DNA of 64,000 nucleotides from NCBI RefSeq assembly GCF_011386835.1, contig NC_088793.1, positions 118,730,001-118,794,000 on the forward strand. Reading direction: 5' to 3'. This DNA is from Chrysemys picta bellii. Lineage: Eukaryota. Below are positions 50,397 through 63,675 of this stretch, in pieces. The notes under the pieces were generated by a model. The model was not told the DNA's origin, made no database searches, and was given only the letters and a program-made list of their open reading frames with translations. Every line of letters starts with the position of its first letter. The stretch's first letter is position 1. Made by a program: the position numbers and the translations under genes.

Positions 50397-52385
50397 AAAG
50401 TTCCCAGTCAAATGTAACGTTAATTGCACATGAGTTTTGTGTTGTGTTTGTTTTGGTTTTCTTAATATATTAATGGGCTCAGTGATTTTTAAAAGCTTTT
50501 AGAACTTCATTACTATATGGGCATAAACCAAATACAGTTGGGAAAGTTGAGGACCAAGGATAGCATCATTAGGACTAATGAAACAAGCTGTGCAAAGGTC
50601 CTGATGTTTCAGGAGCAGGAATTATTTCCCGATACTGGCAAGATGCAATACAAATGTGAATGAAGCAAACCGAAGCAAGGCATCCTTCAAGCAAGAGTGA
50701 GCTGCATCCATCAAAATGATGTGATTCCTAGGATTTGGGGCCAACTCTGACCCACTGTCCCTTCCCAGAAATCAGAACTGATTAACCCTGGCTGCCTCCT
50801 TCTGTTGTTTCTCCTAGCAGCAGTGTACACATTTTTGTCATTTAGTCATTGAGCACATGCAGACAGGCCAGGCGCTAGGAAGAGTTTACATGACAGATTG
50901 TAACCAGCTAGGAAAAAAAAACCCAGGCAATGCAAAGTTAAGGCTAAGTTAAGATTTTTTTTCTAAATATTCTAGAGTTCTGTGTTTTTCCTTGTGGTGA
51001 ATCTTTGTTTACAACAATTACATTAAAGGATTTGATCCTGCGAGCCCCCCTCAGGTGGATCTCCCACTGAAGTCAATAGGGGGGCTTGGCAAATCAGATC
51101 CATAGCTTATACATGGACTTGTATAGTCTCATCTAGCAGATTTCTAAAACTCAATTAGTTGGGAAAATGTTCTAATATCTCATGCAGTGAAAATGTCCGT
51201 CTGGTATTAACGCTAAAAGGGTATCTATAGGTTTACTTAAAAGGTACACTGTGCATGTATTCCATCACCAGCTTTGTATAATATCTTCAGTTAATTGGGC
51301 CATATATAACTGCTCATTCTCATTGGAATAGAGCTCTTCACAGAATTCTCTCTCTCTCCTTGTAATTATAGTAAGAATGTAGCCACTTAACAAGGTGAAA
51401 GAGTGCTGGCGGTGCAAATGCTCTCCATCCCTCATTGAGATCTCAGTACAAGTGCAGCTGCAGATGAAATGGGTGGCCTTGCAGAGTTACCTAATCTAGA
51501 CATACACACTAAGCATGGGCATACCTTTTCCTTGAAATAAATGGTTCAGAGGAAGACATCTGCAGAATACCAGCTATGAAAGTGCAGAGTGGAAGCAAAG
51601 AACTTCAATGTCCTTTCATACTGTGCTTCGCAGACTGCTTTACCTATGTCATTTCTTCAAGAGCTGAAGTATATTGAAGTATATTCCACTCTTAGTGATC
51701 ATGTTTGAATGATGTGTAAAACCAAGGTTCTAACACTTGTTAAACTTTCTGTTGCTATTTTCACAAGATATGAGGAGTTAACCACAGTGTTCTGTTCAAA
51801 TTCTATTTTTGGTAATTGCTTTCTTCTTAACTAAAGTTCCCTCTATATTTAAAAAAGGATACAGGATTCTTTCCATAGAGTATTTCTCTCATCTTATCTT
51901 ATAGGTTGTGTAAGGTTGCTGTGCACTGTTAACTGGCTGCCACATTTTTGGTAGATGAAATTATGAAGTTCTCCTGATATAGTGTTTATGTATCAGTTGA
52001 GTTAGTAAAGTAATCCTTCAGGGTGAAAGTTGCTATATAAATATTTGTATTGTGGTACTGATTATGTGATGAAGTTATGTCATTTTATGAACGGGGTACC
52101 CTCTGACCTATTATTTAAATTAAAGGTCCTCCTTTGCCTAGATGATTTCCATTCATGTTGCTTTAGGCCTTGGACTAAATTCATAGTTCTAGAAAAGATG
52201 GGGGATAGTACAACACTGAATATACCAATCTCAGAGGATGCTCAGGAAGGCTGACATATTGAAATGCATAGTGTGTAAGCAGAGTAGAAGACTCATTTTA
52301 AAATAACTCTTTTCTCCTTGATGATTGCTGCTTCCCTAGTACATTGCTTGATATATCTAATATGTCTTTATATTAAATCTGCCAG

Positions 52386-52524
52386 CTAATTCTGGTTCCC
52401 TACAAGGTCCACAGACTCCCCAGTCTACTGGTAGTAATTCCATGACAGAAGTGCCGGGCGACTTGAAGCCTCCAACACCAGCATCAACACCTCATGGACA
52501 GATGACGCCCATGCAGGGCGGCAG
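52386..52524 (+). CDS. ARID1B: ARID1B coding exon (139 nt, phase 1-2): [47 protein letters not shown]
   Basis: Acceptor ctgccag, donor gtattg. Nearly identical to the recalled human peptide. Confidence 0.98.
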
Positions 52525-53944
52525 GTATTGAAAACTCAGTGCTTCATTTCACCTTTCTTACCCTTGCTACATAGAGTAGAACAGTGTGCCATCAGGGTGT
52601 CACTTGTATAAAGAAAAGCAGATTTAGGCTTTTTGTATGTTTGTTCTTTCCATCGTTGCATGGTCATTTTGTTGCAGCAATTATGGTTATCAGCCTTCTA
52701 TTCCTGTAATAACGTACATTTGGAAAAAACAGAATTCCTGAATTGATAATCAATGCTTCAGTTGTCAGTGATACTTAACCTTAAAATTTGAGAACATGGG
52801 GATTTTTCTGAGTTGAAAGTGGGATCATGATCATCTTTATAATGGTCCTTTCCATCATAAACCATGTACATGTGCAGAGCAAGGACTAAAACCCTGCTCC
52901 TTCACTTCTAACCATACAGTCTCTTGCCCCTGAGCTAAAGGGAGAGTTCTGTTAGTTATCAACTAGCTGGTAACTGCAGGAGGACCGTTCTGTTCTATAG
53001 AGAAGGACCCTCGTGTTTTTATTAAGCAGCAGTCAGCCAGCCAAGGGTAATGTTCTTGTGCAGACACAGCGCCTTATCCTTCTGCCACTAAAGTCTATGA
53101 TAAAAAACTCTCAGCAGCGTCAGTGGGAGCAGGATTGAGATCTAGACTATCCACAACAAAATCATTCACAACTTTGCTTAATTATAGTCTCTTGTCTTCA
53201 GCTGTAATCGGTGCACAAGTTTTCAAAGAGATCTGACTATGTGGAGAGATAGAAGGGGTAGTAGCAAACCTTTTTTAATGACCTCTCATTCAAACAGTTC
53301 GATTAATTTTTTTCCCATTTGTAAAAACATTCTCATTTGCCTTCAGAATAAATGTGGCAGTTCTCAGAGCAACTCAGTTTTTCAAGCCATGTTTATAAGG
53401 GCTTTATAATAAAGCTAGCTGAAGCCACAAAGGTTGTTGCTGGTCCATAATATTTAATGGTATTGAGAAGGTAAATCAAGTGCTGCTGTTCATTCTTTGT
53501 CATAATACCAGAACAAGGAGACACCGAGTGAAATTGAAAGATAACTCTATTTAAGACTGATAGAAGGAAATACCTTTTTGACACAATATGTAATTAACAT
53601 GTGAAACTCATTGCCTCAGGGTATTGAGGCAAACAGTTGATCTGGATTCCAAAAAGGTGAGGACTTTTATGTGACTAATGGCAATATGCACATTCACATT
53701 AGATTGGATAAAAAAATCCCTCATGCTTAAGGAAAAAGCAGGGGTAGGAAGAAACTTTTCCTGTGGGCAGGTTATGCCATAATTGTCTATTATGGCATTT
53801 CTTACACCTTTCTCTGAGGCATCTGGCGCTGGCTACTAGCGAAGACTGGATACTACACTAGAAGGACCATAGTCTGGTCTGGTATCACAATTTCTTGCAT
53901 GTGTTCCTATGACATTAATGCCTCCATTTTGTCTGTCCATTTAG

Positions 53945-54117
53945 AAACAGTGCAGTTAGTGTGCACGATCCCTTTTCTGATGTAAGTGATTCTGCATTCC
54001 CGAAGCGAAACTCCATGACGCCAAATGCACCATACCAGCAAGGGATGAACATGCCAGATATGATGGGAAGGATGCCCTATGAACCGAATAAGGACCCTTT
54101 TGGTGGGATAAGAAAAG
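53945..54117 (+). CDS. ARID1B: ARID1B coding exon (173 nt, phase 2-1): [57 protein letters not shown]
   Basis: Acceptor ccatttag, donor gtatct. Matches the recalled human [30 protein letters not shown]...[10 protein letters not shown]. Confidence 0.97.
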
Positions 54118-56370
54118 GTATCTACTAAGTGGCAGTCTCAGTGTGTTCTTCCCTAGTTTCATCCAAGCAACGTATTTTGATTTGTCAAGGTGTGCTTTTT
54201 GTGGCTCTTTTTGCATGCTCTCCCCGTCTCTTTGCATCATTGCCATCAGCAACATCATATCTCCACAGCAATAAAGGAAGTGTAACCACATCTCAGTCTT
54301 CTCTGGTCATTTTTCCCCCTCTCAAAGTTAAATTATGTAAGTGTAGGCTTCGGGCTTCAACGGGATCCCAAAATAATTGTTCAGGACTATTACACAGTAC
54401 TGTTTGTGACTGGACTATACCGCTAAGGATCAGCAGGTTAAATTAGTTGGGCCTGGGGTTTTTTAATGCTCTAGTAGCATCTTTGAATATAGTAAACTAT
54501 ATTACAGCTTGGGATAGCATTTCTAATTGTTAGAGTAGGAAACTGGGAGTCAGAACTCGTAGGTGCTATCATGGTTCAACTGCAAATTCACTGTGCAGTT
54601 TTAAGCAAATCTCCTAACCTCTTTACCTCAGGTTATGCAGCTGTAAAATAGGTATACTTAACTATGTAGCACACAGAAGTGTTACAAGGTGTAATTAATT
54701 AATGTTTGTTAGACATTTTGAGATCCTGTGGTGAAAGGTGCCACATAATTCGAAGTTTAGTGTTTTAGAAAGTTAAAAATGAGAATAACACTAAAGCTAA
54801 CTCAGTCCCCGGGTGCACTTCACTCAGGGTCTTTCTGTGAATTTTAAAGTATCTTAGGAAAGAATAATTTGAACTATTCTCCTACATGTTTGTGTATAGG
54901 AAAGGGGGAGGGTAGGAAGAGGTTCAGAGTTCATAAGAGCAGAAGAGAGAAGAGCAGATGATGGAGGTTTAAGAGTATGCAGTGGCAGCTGAAAGATGAG
55001 GTAACGGAGAGGAAAAGGACAAAGAACAGGGAGAGGAGAAGAAGTGGTGATGTACTGGCGTCACTAGTTTAAAAAAAGAGAGAGAAAGTGATGCTGATGA
55101 GACCATTTGGAACAGCAGCTGGGTAGAGGCCTTATGTTTCTTTTAAATCCCATGCCTTTTGCCCTGGACCCTGGTACAGCAGAACTTCAGGGGAAATAAC
55201 ATCCTTTCCGGCTTAAACTTATTTTGATTTCCACGGTCATCTTGAGATCACGTTGGTTTACTGCACATACCCATTTATTTCACATTTAGATTAGGTCACA
55301 AGTTAAAATTAGTTTTGTCAAATCAGCTCAGGCTTCTTGGAAAGATGATCACGTGTGAGTCAGATCTGTTCCCTCACTCAGCTCATTCTGCTGATGGTGT
55401 CTCTGCATTTATAAAAGAGTTTGGCAAGGTGGTGATTGCATACAAAACCTGGGGAACAATTCCAGGGCTTCCTGTAGCATTTTTAAATACCCTCTTATCA
55501 TGCATATACCCAATCTCTAGCTCCTGGAATTAATAGAACTGCTTCTTTGATTCTTTATTATAAGGGTGCTAGTTCTCTCACCTACTATTCTTTCCATTGC
55601 TTTAGTTACAAATCTGGCCTGCTCTAAGGCAGTAAGTGACAGAAAGTGGAAAGCTTGGTTCTTGGAGAAGTCCTATTCTTCCTTTGCCTCCTTACCTTCA
55701 CCCTCACCTCTGTTTTTTTATGTCAGATGTCTCAAACTAGAGAGTTGAGATGGGGCTACTTCCCTGAATCCTTTGTTACTAAATGATGTCATGGCTGGTG
55801 CTGACCAAGTCTCTTCTTGGACCCTTAGAATTGTACCTACCTTGCCCAGGGGGATACCTCCAGGATACAGGATCCTCTACACAGATATCAACCCCATTTT
55901 GGGAAAGGGAAAGAAAACAGCCCTGTGGCTACTGGGTGCTAATTAAAGCCATGAGGCTAGTGCATAAGCCTTTCTGATATCTAGAGATTTGAGTTTGAGT
56001 CAACATTGTTGGGCTAAGAAGAGCAAGTGTGAACAGAGTCCAACTTGAGTCTTTAGGACACTGAGGAAGAAGAAAGCTTTCTACCTGATGGGTTTAATTC
56101 TCTAACATGAGATTCCAAATCTGATTTTTTTCATTTGAAGTTATTTGATATTCTGACCACCTTGCTGTTCCATCTTATTGATAGTGCTGATTTATTTGCT
56201 TTCATCACTCTCCTAGAGCTTGTCAGACACCTAGTAATTCTGCGTGGCTTCTGTTAGGGCTTCAGGAGTTTTTTCAAATGATGTCATTTAACAGACCTTG
56301 GAAGCTCATCTTTGAAACCAAAAATAAGATGTTTAATTTGCAGTTCTTCCATTTTTACTTATTATTGCAG

Positions 56371-56521
56371 TGCCTGGAAGCAGTGAGCCCTTCATGGCCC
56401 CTGGACAAATGCCCAATAGTGGAATACAGGATATCTATAACCAGACTCCATCTGGAGCAATGTCCACCATAAGCATGAGCCAGCGGCAGCAGTTCTCTTA
56501 TGGAGGTGGCTATGACAGGAG
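56371..56521 (+). CDS. ARID1B: ARID1B coding exon (151 nt, phase 1-2): [51 protein letters not shown]
   Basis: Acceptor attattgcag, donor gtgagt. Matches the recalled human [31 protein letters not shown]. Confidence 0.97.
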
Positions 56522-57547
56522 GTGAGTCAATCTTCAGCAAAGTTAGTGAAAATGATCCTGTCGTCTTCTCCTTTGCCCCATTGTCCTTTACAGAGAACCT
56601 AGCAGCCGTCACTTCCTGCAGCTGCTTACTAAATCACTGGGAGTAAAGCCACGGGTAATGAGAGAGTCCAGCTTTTTGCCGAAATTAATAGGGAAAGAGT
56701 TGTCACACTTCAGAAGTCACTCAACCTACAGCTGATCAGCAAGTGGGTCTGCTTGACAGCTGCTTTTTGCACGCTGTTGTGTTGTGCTGTGACTTGCTGA
56801 AATAGCACTTGTGTTAGTCCTCTTGCCCTGTTCATACCTAAACGGAAGATGTTGATTTTTTTTATATAAAAAACAAAATATACATCTTAAAAATGTTTTC
56901 TTTGGTCTGCTGGTGACTAGAACTTCATTTGGAGCTTTCAGGGTCTATACTGTGCTGTAGGGATGCTGCACTTCAAGTGTGTGACCATAGTGATCCTCTG
57001 TACTGAGGTTCAGTGGCTGAAGGTTTAGATCCCCATAGGTCCAAATTTCAGTGAAGTAAAACCAATTTTTCCCCCCGTTTCCTTATCCTGGGAAAGTGTT
57101 GTTTTTTTAAATCCATAGAATCACTGATGTCTGATCATTGGGAGCAGGCAGAAAGGTTTGGGAGTGTTTGGATATACTGAGTTTTGCAGTATGTTTTGCA
57201 AGCTGGAACTGTAGAAACATTTTTTTCCCATTGTTACCTTCAATTAGTTGTACAGTTTTGCTTCATTGCTAACATTTCCTGATGGCAGCCAATGTAGTGC
57301 ACAATATTGGCCTCCTAAGTTAATAGTAGGCCAGTTTTCACAATCCTAGGCTGAAGCAGTAGGGAAAGAATAACACAACTGTAATCATTTTGTTCAACAA
57401 AAGCCACGTTGCTGTGTTGTCAGCCAGATTAAAGGTCCCAGCAGAAGGTCTTAGGCCAGAAGAATCCTTTCCATTAAGTTTTATTGATTTGGCGATTTTG
57501 GAGAATAAGTGCTTTTTACAGAATGAGGTTTCCTTTGTCATTTTTAG

Positions 57548-57664
57548 GTCGGATCATGGGCTGGGTCCTGAAGGCAGTATGGGACCACCTGGTCAGAGCA
57601 ACATGGTGCCTTCAAACAGTGACCCAAGCATGTACTCTCCTAATCGTTACCCTGGCCAGCAGAG
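57548..57664 (+). CDS. ARID1B: Extra ARID1B exon (117 nt, symmetric phase 2-2): SDHGLGPEGSMGPPGQSNMVPSNSDPSMYSPNRYPGQQR
   Basis: Acceptor tcattttttag, donor gtgaac, open in the frame set by both neighbouring exons. Similar to the recalled ARID1A segment [40 protein letters not shown]...QR. Confidence 0.9.
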
Positions 57665-57969
57665 GTGAACATTGATTTCTCTGTTTATAATATCTGCATT
57701 AACCAGATAATCCTAAATCCTAGCAGCTACTGATTGTGTGTAAACAGAATATTCAGCAGCTTGGTGTGTTATTTGTTTGTGTGTTCCTATAGAGATTTTT
57801 CCTTTGGGTTTGTTTTTGGGTTGGGAGAGCTATTTGATTTTGTGTTTCCATAGAGCTATAGATGTTAGAAAAAGAAATCACACAATTTGCTGCCAATACA
57901 GGATGTACACAACGTTATATTCTCAAATTGTCCATTCTTGTTTTAAATTATTCAAACTTTGAGGCTTAT

Positions 57970-58570
57970 ACAAACTCTGAGGCTCAGGTGGTGGCCATTC
58001 TATAGTCTAAGTAACACTAACACTTAAAGAGCATTTCCTGATATATAGCCTCCATTTTCCTTTGCCCAGTTTCATCTCATTACTCTGTTATATTATTTCA
58101 GACAACCCTAGACAATTCGTACCAGTTAAGTAGTTCTTTTGACATTGCTTAGATAACCTCTCTGTCTGACTTGATTTTCGGAGAAATTGAACACCTACTA
58201 CACCCACAGAAATCAGTGAGAGCTGTGGACGTTCATCACCTTGAAAATCAGGCCATGTTAGTTCTTTTAATTCTTTCTAAGAAGTCAAATTCTCCAGCCC
58301 TTTCATCTTTTTTGCTCCTTTTTCCTGAATTGCCCTTGAACGTATTCTGGTGTCCAGAACTGTGCTCAAAATTCTAGGTGTGGTCTCTTTTGTATTGTAT
58401 GCAAAGGGACTGCTAACATCTTGGTCTGTGACAGGATGGTTTTGTGTACACTACCCATACTGAAATTGATACTTGTTGTGTTACCGTATCACACTGCAAG
58501 CTCAAATCCAATTTGCTATCCACCATCAGCGCCAGGTATTTATCATCCTTACTGCTTTCCATGTACTTCC
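57970..58570 (-). mobile_element. Degraded CR1 LINE ORF2 3' fragment
   Basis: Segments such as tctggtgtccagaactgtgctcaaaattctaggtgtggtctc and cacactgcaagctcaaatccaatttgctatccacc resemble the reverse-complemented CR1 RT C-terminus. Confidence 0.55.
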
Positions 58571-58789
58571 CTTCAAATGATTTTCTGTTTCATTTAAAAA
58601 AAGAAAATTAATTAAAAGTATGCCCAGTTAAGCACTCAAAAAATCAGGAAGTGCCACAGGTAAGTTTGTAAGTGCAACCTTAACTCTGTACTTTATGACA
58701 CAGTATTTCATTAACTGCTATACTATTCCTCAAAAAAGAACAATATGTCCTCATTGAGGCCATATGTAAATTGAAAGTTTTAAAAAAAT

Positions 58790-59455
58790 TACATCATCAT
58801 CACGGGTAAGTGTTGGGATTTCACAGGGTCGGCACTGCTGCAATATTTCCAACAGTAGGGAGGCAGAAGTGGCCATCCCACCACATGGCACTAGCCATTG
58901 AGGCCTGTTTCACTCCACGCTCAATTCCAGCCCCAGCCACTGTGGCTGCTTCCTGACTGGCCAGCCAGCAGTTAGAAGCCCCGGCCTGGCCCACCCCACA
59001 GCAGTCACCAGCAGGAGTGGGAGCGGCTGGGTCAGAGCCCCCTTCAATGCCTCTGATTCCCTGCTGAGCAAGAAGCCCCCTTACCCTCTGCTCATGCTCC
59101 AAATAGTGGATCCTGGTCTCAGTTCCTATGGTGTCTCACCCAGGCCTGCCAGAGGCTGCTGTGGGGTGGGCCAGGGCTTCTAATCAGCACACATTGTCAG
59201 CACCACTGACAATCTCTCCATTGCTTGGCTGGACAGGATGCAGCAACGGCAGCCTGAGCCAGATGGCTGGCACCATGTGGTCACACCCACACACATGGTT
59301 TCCCTCAAGCAGCCGAATTAGCCCAGCCCTGTGATTTTTCCAATATCCCTTGGGCATTTCTGCTTCTGCCTCCCCACTATTGGAAAAATCACAGTATTGG
59401 GCTAATTTCACTATTTCCTTGCAGTCTGTGAAATCGTTATTTAAACAGGGCCTTA
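58790..59455. mobile_element. Non-autonomous DNA element with GC-rich core (boundaries approximate)
   Basis: GC-rich core bounded by tttcacag / ctgtgaaa motifs and ending aaacagggcctta, resembling turtle MITE families as I recall them. Confidence 0.45.
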
Positions 59456-60190
59456 GTCGTCATACATTTATTTATTAAAAGTTCCAGCGCAGAAGTGTAG
59501 CACCTTGAAATATTTTTCATAGTTTGTTCATGAGTTTAAACTCATTTTGTGCTACTGTGCTCTAGTGAAAATCACAAATTCAGTTTAAACCAATTTTTAA
59601 AATATTTTTTATATTCAGTAGAGTCTTCAATGTTCCATAAAATGGGTTTCTTGATGAGACCCACTTTTTAAAACTCTTCAGAATTTGAACGCACCCTCTT
59701 TGCACTGTAGGTCAGATATTTTATTTACTAGAATATATATCCTGCTTCATTCTGTTACAACTATATTGCTTTATTATACTCTGTGTAGTAATTCCTTCTG
59801 GTACATCCTTGCGGCTGACTTCCACCAATAGTCTTAGTGCTGAATTAGTGCAATACTTGAGAGCTCCTGACTGTTGGAATTCAAGGAATTTAATCGGTTT
59901 TGTGAAGGTCGGGGGTTTGCTGAGACTCTTAATTTTCCTCTCATTGACATCTTTGTAGGGGGTCAAACAACTTTGGCAATATGCCCAAAAAGGTGTCACC
60001 ATCCATTCTAAAAAATTAAATTATCATCACTGTGTTAAAAGTCTTGGTATGGAAATTAGGTGGTATGGAAAAGAGAATGTTTCATGGTGGTGGCCATCTT
60101 TAAGGTGTAGAATCCTCAGAGCAATTTCATTTGTCCAGTGGCTTGGAAGTTCCAACAGTACTAAGTGCTGATTTGAATGCATCATTCTAG

Positions 60191-60287
60191 GCATGAACCA
60201 TATGGGCAGCAGTATCCAGGGCAAGGACCTCCTTCAGGACAACCACCGTATGGAGGACATCAACCTGGAATGTATCCACAGCAGCAG
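60191..60287 (+). CDS. ARID1B: ARID1B coding exon (97 nt, phase 2-0): [32 protein letters not shown]
   Basis: Acceptor cattctag, donor gtaaaa. Nearly identical to the recalled human peptide. Confidence 0.98.
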
Positions 60288-60518
60288 GTAAAAGAGGTGG
60301 AATCATTTATATTCATGACATTTATTTTGTAAACATCAACCCCCCCAAAATACACTTTATAATATGAAATTAAAACAAATTCTTAAAAGGCATGTAGTTT
60401 TCGCACAGGTGAGCAACATAGTGTGGGCCAAAATCAGGGCCCATTTTAGCAGCGGATGTGCAAGAACAAGGCCATGTACTAGTTATGTTGAAGGGTGTAA
60501 TTTAAAGTTGAGATTCTG

Positions 60519-60642
60519 TAGGGTGACCAGACAGCAAATGTGAAAAATCGGGACAGGGGGTGGGGGATAATAGGAGCCTATATAAGAAAAAGACCCCAAA
60601 ATCGGGACTGTCCCTATAAAATCGGGACATCTGGTCACCCAA
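60519..60642. mobile_element. 124-bp hAT MITE with perfect 8-bp TSD AGATTCTG; same family as 24312-24434, opposite orientation
   Basis: TIRs tagggtgaccaga / tctggtcacccaa. agattctg occurs at 60511-60518 and 60643-60650. Confidence 0.95.
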
Positions 60643-63600
60643 AGATTCTGTGGTGTGGAATCCATGACAGGTGAAAGCCCCACGTACAGTAAGCAGGTAG
60701 ATCAAAACAATGCGATTCATAGGCTGATAATATTGCACCACCCAGCTTGCAGAGACAAATAGGAAAGTTGCTGACTGGAAGAGCAGAAAGCACGTCAGGC
60801 AGGCAACTGAAACCAAGGAAGTCTGGCAGGAAGAGAAAGACCTAAGCGTCATAGTTGCTAAGACTGGCATAGAGTGTCACACAGATAATCCAAGACTATC
60901 ATAAAACTTGCACGTGAGAGAACATGTACTTTGAATGTATAGCAGATGATATATTCCAATATATTACTAACACTGAAAAAATATTTAAAACATTCCAACA
61001 TTTGAGCCTTTCTGTAATATATAAAATATACAGAATATGCTGGAAAATATGAGTACTGTTTCTAGACATAGGTTTTGTAAAATGTATTGGTAATATGTGT
61101 GCAAACCCTGGCCCCGTTAAAGTCATTGGCAGAAATCCCATTGACATCAATGGGGCTAGGATTCCACCTCTATGTATGATAAAGCGGTTGGTACTCACTC
61201 TGTAATTATGGCTGGTGCTAGGTTGCTAGAATAAGATATTCAAACATGCCAGGATTCCCCAAAAATAAATTTATCTTCCTGAAATTTCACATACCACATC
61301 TCAGTGTGGGGCAGAGGTTTTCTAGGAAGTTCAGTAAAACTCAGAAGTGAAGCTCTAAAGTTGCAGGGTTTTGGAAATGTATCTAAAATTCACTTTTGAA
61401 ATGTTATACTTCTCTTTTTTCTCTCATACTATCTCCAAAATGTCATGGTCAAGAAATTCCACATTTGTTTTGTTGGTCTTGCTGAGGAGCAGCGTTTTTA
61501 GCCATTTGGGGTGATTTAGTGGAGAAATTACAAAGATCAATAACAAAAATAGCCTGTGATACCCCACACTACGGTATCCAGGGAATGAGTTAACGAGGTT
61601 CTCATTAAAGACGGGAACGCCCTAAACTTTGCAAAAATATATAGTCAAACTAACATTCTTAAGAAAATATAAAATCTCATTTCCTATTCTAGGTATCCAT
61701 TTCCAGTAGTGTCTGAATAATGTATTATTTTGACCTTTTTGTATATTTCGTCACGTATTAGGGGACAAAGTTAAGGTTAGGCTGGTGGGGTGACGTAGGG
61801 TTGGGTGGGAGTTAATGGCTGAATTACCATAGTGGGACCCTCCTTTAGAGGTGCCATTGACATGCTGCCTTTTTGTCCTGCTATACCCCTTTATACATCT
61901 ATATCCTCCCCCTGAGTATCTGACTGTCTGAGATCCCAATCCAGCAAACACATCCATGTTTAACTTTAAATCATGTCAGAAGTCCCTCTGAAGTGGGATT
62001 ACTCGCATGTTTTAAATTAAGTATGTTCACAAGTGTTGCAGGATCAGGGTCTAAATGGATTTATGCATAACCATTGAATTTGAAATTGTGGTTCAACTTA
62101 GACAATTTTTACATGATGCCTGTTTTTCTGTGTCTTGCATTAGAGTTCATGTCACAGACCCAGTATATTACATAGATGTGTAAGACCTAAAGCTGGCCAT
62201 GGACCCTTTGTTTCTGAAATAACTTGACAACTCAGTGGCAAATTAAAACATTCATGCAATTCAGTGGTTAGGACTTTACATGCACCAAAGTCAGAAAATG
62301 AGAGTTAATGGTTCCCAGAGCAATTCTAACTGACCCATGTTGCATGCATATAGAATTTTATATGATGTTAACTTTAGTACATTAGTATACATTGTGCAAT
62401 GTGACTGAGTTAAGGTTTCTGTGGGAGCCATAACTTTGAGCTTACCATAGATCATATATTCAAAAAACTGCACATTTAATTCACATTTTTTGCCTCATGG
62501 CATTCAGTGTAGCTCGAACTGTGAAGCAAGCTCCCCCAGGAACTAAAGACCATTACAAACCTCTCCACCTTCCACTCAAAGTGCAAGGTGCAGTTCTTCG
62601 CCCTGCCTTCTCTAACATAAACACAGAGCAGCATGTACTTTTTAAAACAAAATATCAACCCCTATCAAAACAAAACACCACATTGTGCCCACAGTTCTCC
62701 CCCTTCAGAGGGAGGATGCTCAGAGACATAAAGAACCACACATGACAGATGTTAGTCATGTCACTTATCTGAACACCTTCCAGGAGTATTTTACTACAGT
62801 GATGAGCACCATATAAGCACCTATCTAGAATAAAATAGAATGTTTGAATTTAACTGCTGGAATAATCAGACATGAAATGTGAATAGGGGATTCAGGGAGA
62901 GGGATTCATCTTCTTGGCAGGGATGAGTGGAGGTTTTGGAACACCAGACATAACTGAGATGGGTGTTTCTCCCACCAGTCAGCCTGACTTATACTCTGTT
63001 TCAAACTCCAGTGTCCTGGATACATACTTGCAGAAGCATCGTGCTTTGGGATGTTAGAAGGCTTTCAAAACTTGTCCTCCAAGAAGACTAAGTCTGTGAC
63101 AAATCTGAAACTTTAAAAAGATTTTTTTTGGTAGTTTGAGCATAAAAAAACTGAAAAAATACCTTAGCTGGTGAAGATCATTTCTTGTTCATGCCTAGAT
63201 GTGTCCTAAGTGAGCAATAGAATTTTATCAAACTTGCAAAAAATTCACCCTTGGATTGAGAGCTAACATGAGAAATTTTAGCCAGAGGTAATTTTTTTAA
63301 AATATAAGTTTATAAGCACATCAAAGTAGGGTCTTAAAATGCAATAAGCTGGCTCAACCATAACCATAGCATTGCTAGCTTGACTCTATAAGCAGCATTC
63401 TGTGCAGTCCTAAGAATTTTTGATTTTTAAAATGAGCTTTCTGCCAGTTCATATATGTTTTGTATGATAGGAAAAGAAACAAACCTTTTGTTCAAAAAAT
63501 AATTATAAAATTACTATTTTACCACCTCCTGTGTAACGTGCTCATTCTGAAATGCTGCCGTTATATTAGTGTCATGGAATCTAAGGATGCCAGTAATTTT

Positions 63601-63675
63601 TTTTAATTACATATTAAATATCACTCCTGACTGTCAATATGATTGAGCTTTTTTCTCCAAAACATTCTTTTTCAG

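Noticed and set aside
55450-55930. Possible degraded LTR-retroelement internal sequence
   Set aside because: No identifiable gag or pol motif, so I cannot support the call.
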